The notes below the pieces were generated by a model. It was not told the origin of the DNA. It searched no databases and worked only from the letters and a program-made list of their open reading frames with translations. From Sminthopsis crassicaudata (taxonomy: Eukaryota): a stretch of 64,000 bases of DNA. The stretch covers positions 440,849,261 to 440,913,260 of the forward strand of contig NC_133620.1 in assembly GCF_048593235.1 (NCBI RefSeq), in the 5' to 3' direction. The position numbers and the translations under genes were made by a program. Shown piece by piece: positions 61,058 through 64,000 of the stretch; the stretch's first letter is position 1, and each line of letters begins with the position of its first letter.

Positions 61058-64000
61058 CCTCTGGCGGGGAAACGGTTGTTGTGCGCGATTTCCTCCTTGG
61101 AAGGAGGGGGCGGAGGGCTCTTGAACGACGTCCCTTGAGACAAATGGAAGGAGGGCTGGGGGATTGCCCCTAAGCCTATCAGCGTTCTAGCAGACTTCGG
61201 AGGGCGGGCGTTGATGTCTGGGATTGGCATTTTTAGGTGAAAGGGGAAAAGTGTCTCAGGGGGCATTGTATACTTATTTCACTACTTGGGAATTATTTGG
61301 GGGTTTGCTCGACATTTTTCGAGCCCCACCAGTTCCAAGCTCTTTACTTTTGTGTTCTCCTAGCCTGGGTCACTTTAGTGAAACCCTGAAAAGTTCTAAA
61401 TTAAATTAGGAATTGAAGGTTGAGAATTTGGGGGGAGGGGAAAAGAGATGAGAATTTTTCAGCCAAACCCTCCCCAGAAAACTGTCTTTTTTCTCAGAGA
61501 AAAAACAGGGTGTAGGGTGGGGAGAATCTGGTGTTTTTGTCAACTTTCTCTTCAGTCTGAACCCCTCAATTGTTATCTGTGGGCGGGAGTCCTCACCTCT
61601 GTCTTCCCCACTGTCTTATTCCTGGATTCCAAAGATTCTGCCTTTCTGACTCATCCCAATCTCTACCTTTTCTCATCATTTTTCCCTTTCTTCCATCCCC
61701 CCTCTCCGCTCCCCAGTCATCCTGTTCTTTTTGGAACGGAAATAAGAAGGGCGTGTTAACATCCTGCTTTGCTTTATCCCCTTCATCTCCTCATCTTCTT
61801 TCCCTGTAGAGCTGGGGACACTTTGTTTAATGCTCCTCTTGTACCTTTATCACCCCTTTGAGGAGTACAGCGATTACACTGTCCGTCCCTTAAAGCTTCT
61901 GCTTAGCCAGACCTCAGTTTCTTGCTCTACATCTGACCAAACCACAGGAAACTCCCACCTTTTTTAGTGCTCCCCAACTATCAATTCTTGATCCGCTTTC
62001 TCTAAAGCCCCCTGGAATCTTCTGTTCTAAGACACTCTCCCGCAGCCCTAAATCTCAAAATGAAGGAGAAAAGTGTGTTGTTGGCCTGCTAAGAAAATAA
62101 ACACAATACAGCAGTTTGGGTGTTTTTAGCATATGTTTGAATATTGATTACTACTTCTTCCAAAAGCAGAAATGAAGAGAGGAGGAAGCAGGGTTTCGAA
62201 GTCTCCAGAAGGTCTAGCTAAGTCTCACTATGTTTTCAGGAGGCTTAATTTGGATCCCTGACAGAAGGGTTTTTCCCTTTCCCTCCCTGAGTGAGTTGGA
62301 AATCAGATCTTAGGAGATGACTCTTAAAAATTAGGCCTACTAAGGCCAAAAAAATCCCTGTTATACTTAGAACTTTTATTTTTAGAGTCAATGAGTCTTA
62401 CCTTTCTTTGGCTCTCTGTCTTATCTATTTCTGGACATTTGAAAGTTTGCTTTAATTCTCCTGGTCAAAAGAGGATGGATGATGTCCAAAAGGCAGTAGA
62501 GTGGATTGTTCACAATTTATTTTTTCAGGGATATTAAGAATCTTCCTTCTTCTCACACCCCAACAATGATAATACCCTCAGGCTAGCAAATTACAATTCA
62601 ACCTCATCAGTGAGAAGTTCCAGGATCTGGGTTGATGACTTAATTGTTAAGAAGGAACAGAATTAGCCCCAGGAACATCTTGATCCCAGGGGGGGTGTGG
62701 GTTAAAAGCAACACTCTTTGGTACAGTTACCCCACAAAATGTTGGGGTTTTTCCTTAATGAAGAGCATTGATCAAGTTCCCAGAGCATGCAGAATCTTAG
62801 TGATATTTCAAAGTCCTTAATTCTGAGGGATATGCTTGTTAATAGTGAGGAATGGACAAAAAAGAAAAAAATCAAAACATAACAATGTAGATTAATGTTT
62901 AATTATTGTGTACATGAGTATTGAAGGTAAGGAAGGGATGCAGAGTAATTGGAGCTGTAGTATGAATTATAGAAGACTTCTTGGAGAAGGTTAAACACTG
63001 GTATTTATCTGGGCATAACCATGAAAAGCTGAATCCAATTGCTTTTTCATATCCTACAGTAAATTTCTCTCTTGTCTTATTCTTAACTGTGTTTTCTCTT
63101 GTTGCCACTCTGCAGAGCTGAGTACTATGGACATGTTCCCTGTAATGCCAAGCTTCCCTTGAATGTTAAAGAACTATTTAGCTTTGGCAGTAATAGCTTG
63201 TCAGGGCCTTCAGCCAAGATATTTTCTGAAATGATGCCCTCAACAACAGGGTTGTTTACGACCTTTCCCCTGCTAACCTGTTAAAAAAAATAAAATAAAA
63301 TCAGCCTTTAGAATCTTTTCCCCCAGTTCCTGGGTTGGGGAAATAGTTCTGTGAATTCCTTTTCCCCAAATAATACCCTAAGGGTACAGGGAAGGGGTAC
63401 ACTTGGGAGGGGCGGTGCTGCTGTGCTAGGTTCAAGAACTTTGCATATTAGGTCACATTCTCTTTTCACCACCCTTTTCTTCAGGTGAGTCAGTGGGAAA
63501 CTAAAAAGTGATTGTTGTTTGTTTGCTTTTCTTGGGGTGAGGTGTTGAATACAGGCCAAGATTTTAAGGAAGGTGTCTTCACTGATTAGTCTGTTGTCAG
63601 GCAGAGATTTACAACGTGCCTTCAACTGGACTATATGTGCTATGTTTATATAACCAGCATCAAGGATTTGAAAAATCTAGTATCCTCAATGCAAAAGCTC
63701 TTTGTTTCAGTTTGCACCCCAGCACTCCAATCTTATCTGACTCCCAATATCCTAAACTTCACTCTCTGGCTATTCATTTTCTTCCCCCTCTCCACTCTTT
63801 TTATAGGTAATTTCAATTTAGGAGAAAATAGGAGGGTTGGATGAAAGAGAGGACATCTCATAACTATGAAGATTGTCCTTGGTGGTAGTTATAGAAATAA
63901 GGCCAGTCATAAAACAGGATTGATGTAGAGAGCCGGATCTCTGGAAAAGTATTGCTAAGTCAGTGAATGAGATAATGATTTTCTAGTTCATATATATACT

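Overview
This is eukaryotic (mammalian) genomic DNA. The SINE and L1 families point to a marsupial, probably a dasyurid such as the Tasmanian devil, dunnart or antechinus (inference from repeat content). The window is the conserved block syntenic with human 1q21.1: GNRHR2 last exon (+), RBM8A (-), LIX1L (-), ANKRD34A (-), POLR3GL (+) and TXNIP (-). I reconstructed every coding exon in the window by hand. All introns are GT-AG and all frames are open: RBM8A 174 aa, LIX1L 338 aa, ANKRD34A 496 aa, POLR3GL 220 aa, TXNIP 389 aa. The POLR3GL-TXNIP interval holds a full-length 6.4-kb L1 with a 15-bp TSD, intact ORF1 and four lesions in ORF2. It also holds a solo LTR nested in an L2, and many SINE, MIR, L2 and L3 relics. 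Most short ORFs in the supplied track are spurious. I found no new protein-coding gene or multi-gene system. The best leads are regulatory or RNA-level. (1) A dense ChoRE-like/CCAAT/AP-1-ETS/ISRE module at about 33.7-33.9 kb resembles the TXNIP promoter architecture. (2) An LTR 1 kb away carries overlapping NF-kB/GAS sites. (3) A consensus cryptic 5' splice site in a POLR3GL exon would delete 29 aa in frame. (4) The GNRHR2 and RBM8A poly(A) signals cross over. (5) A strand-asymmetric 20-bp stem lies in LIX1L intron 3. All motif-based calls are hypotheses that need functional or comparative data.
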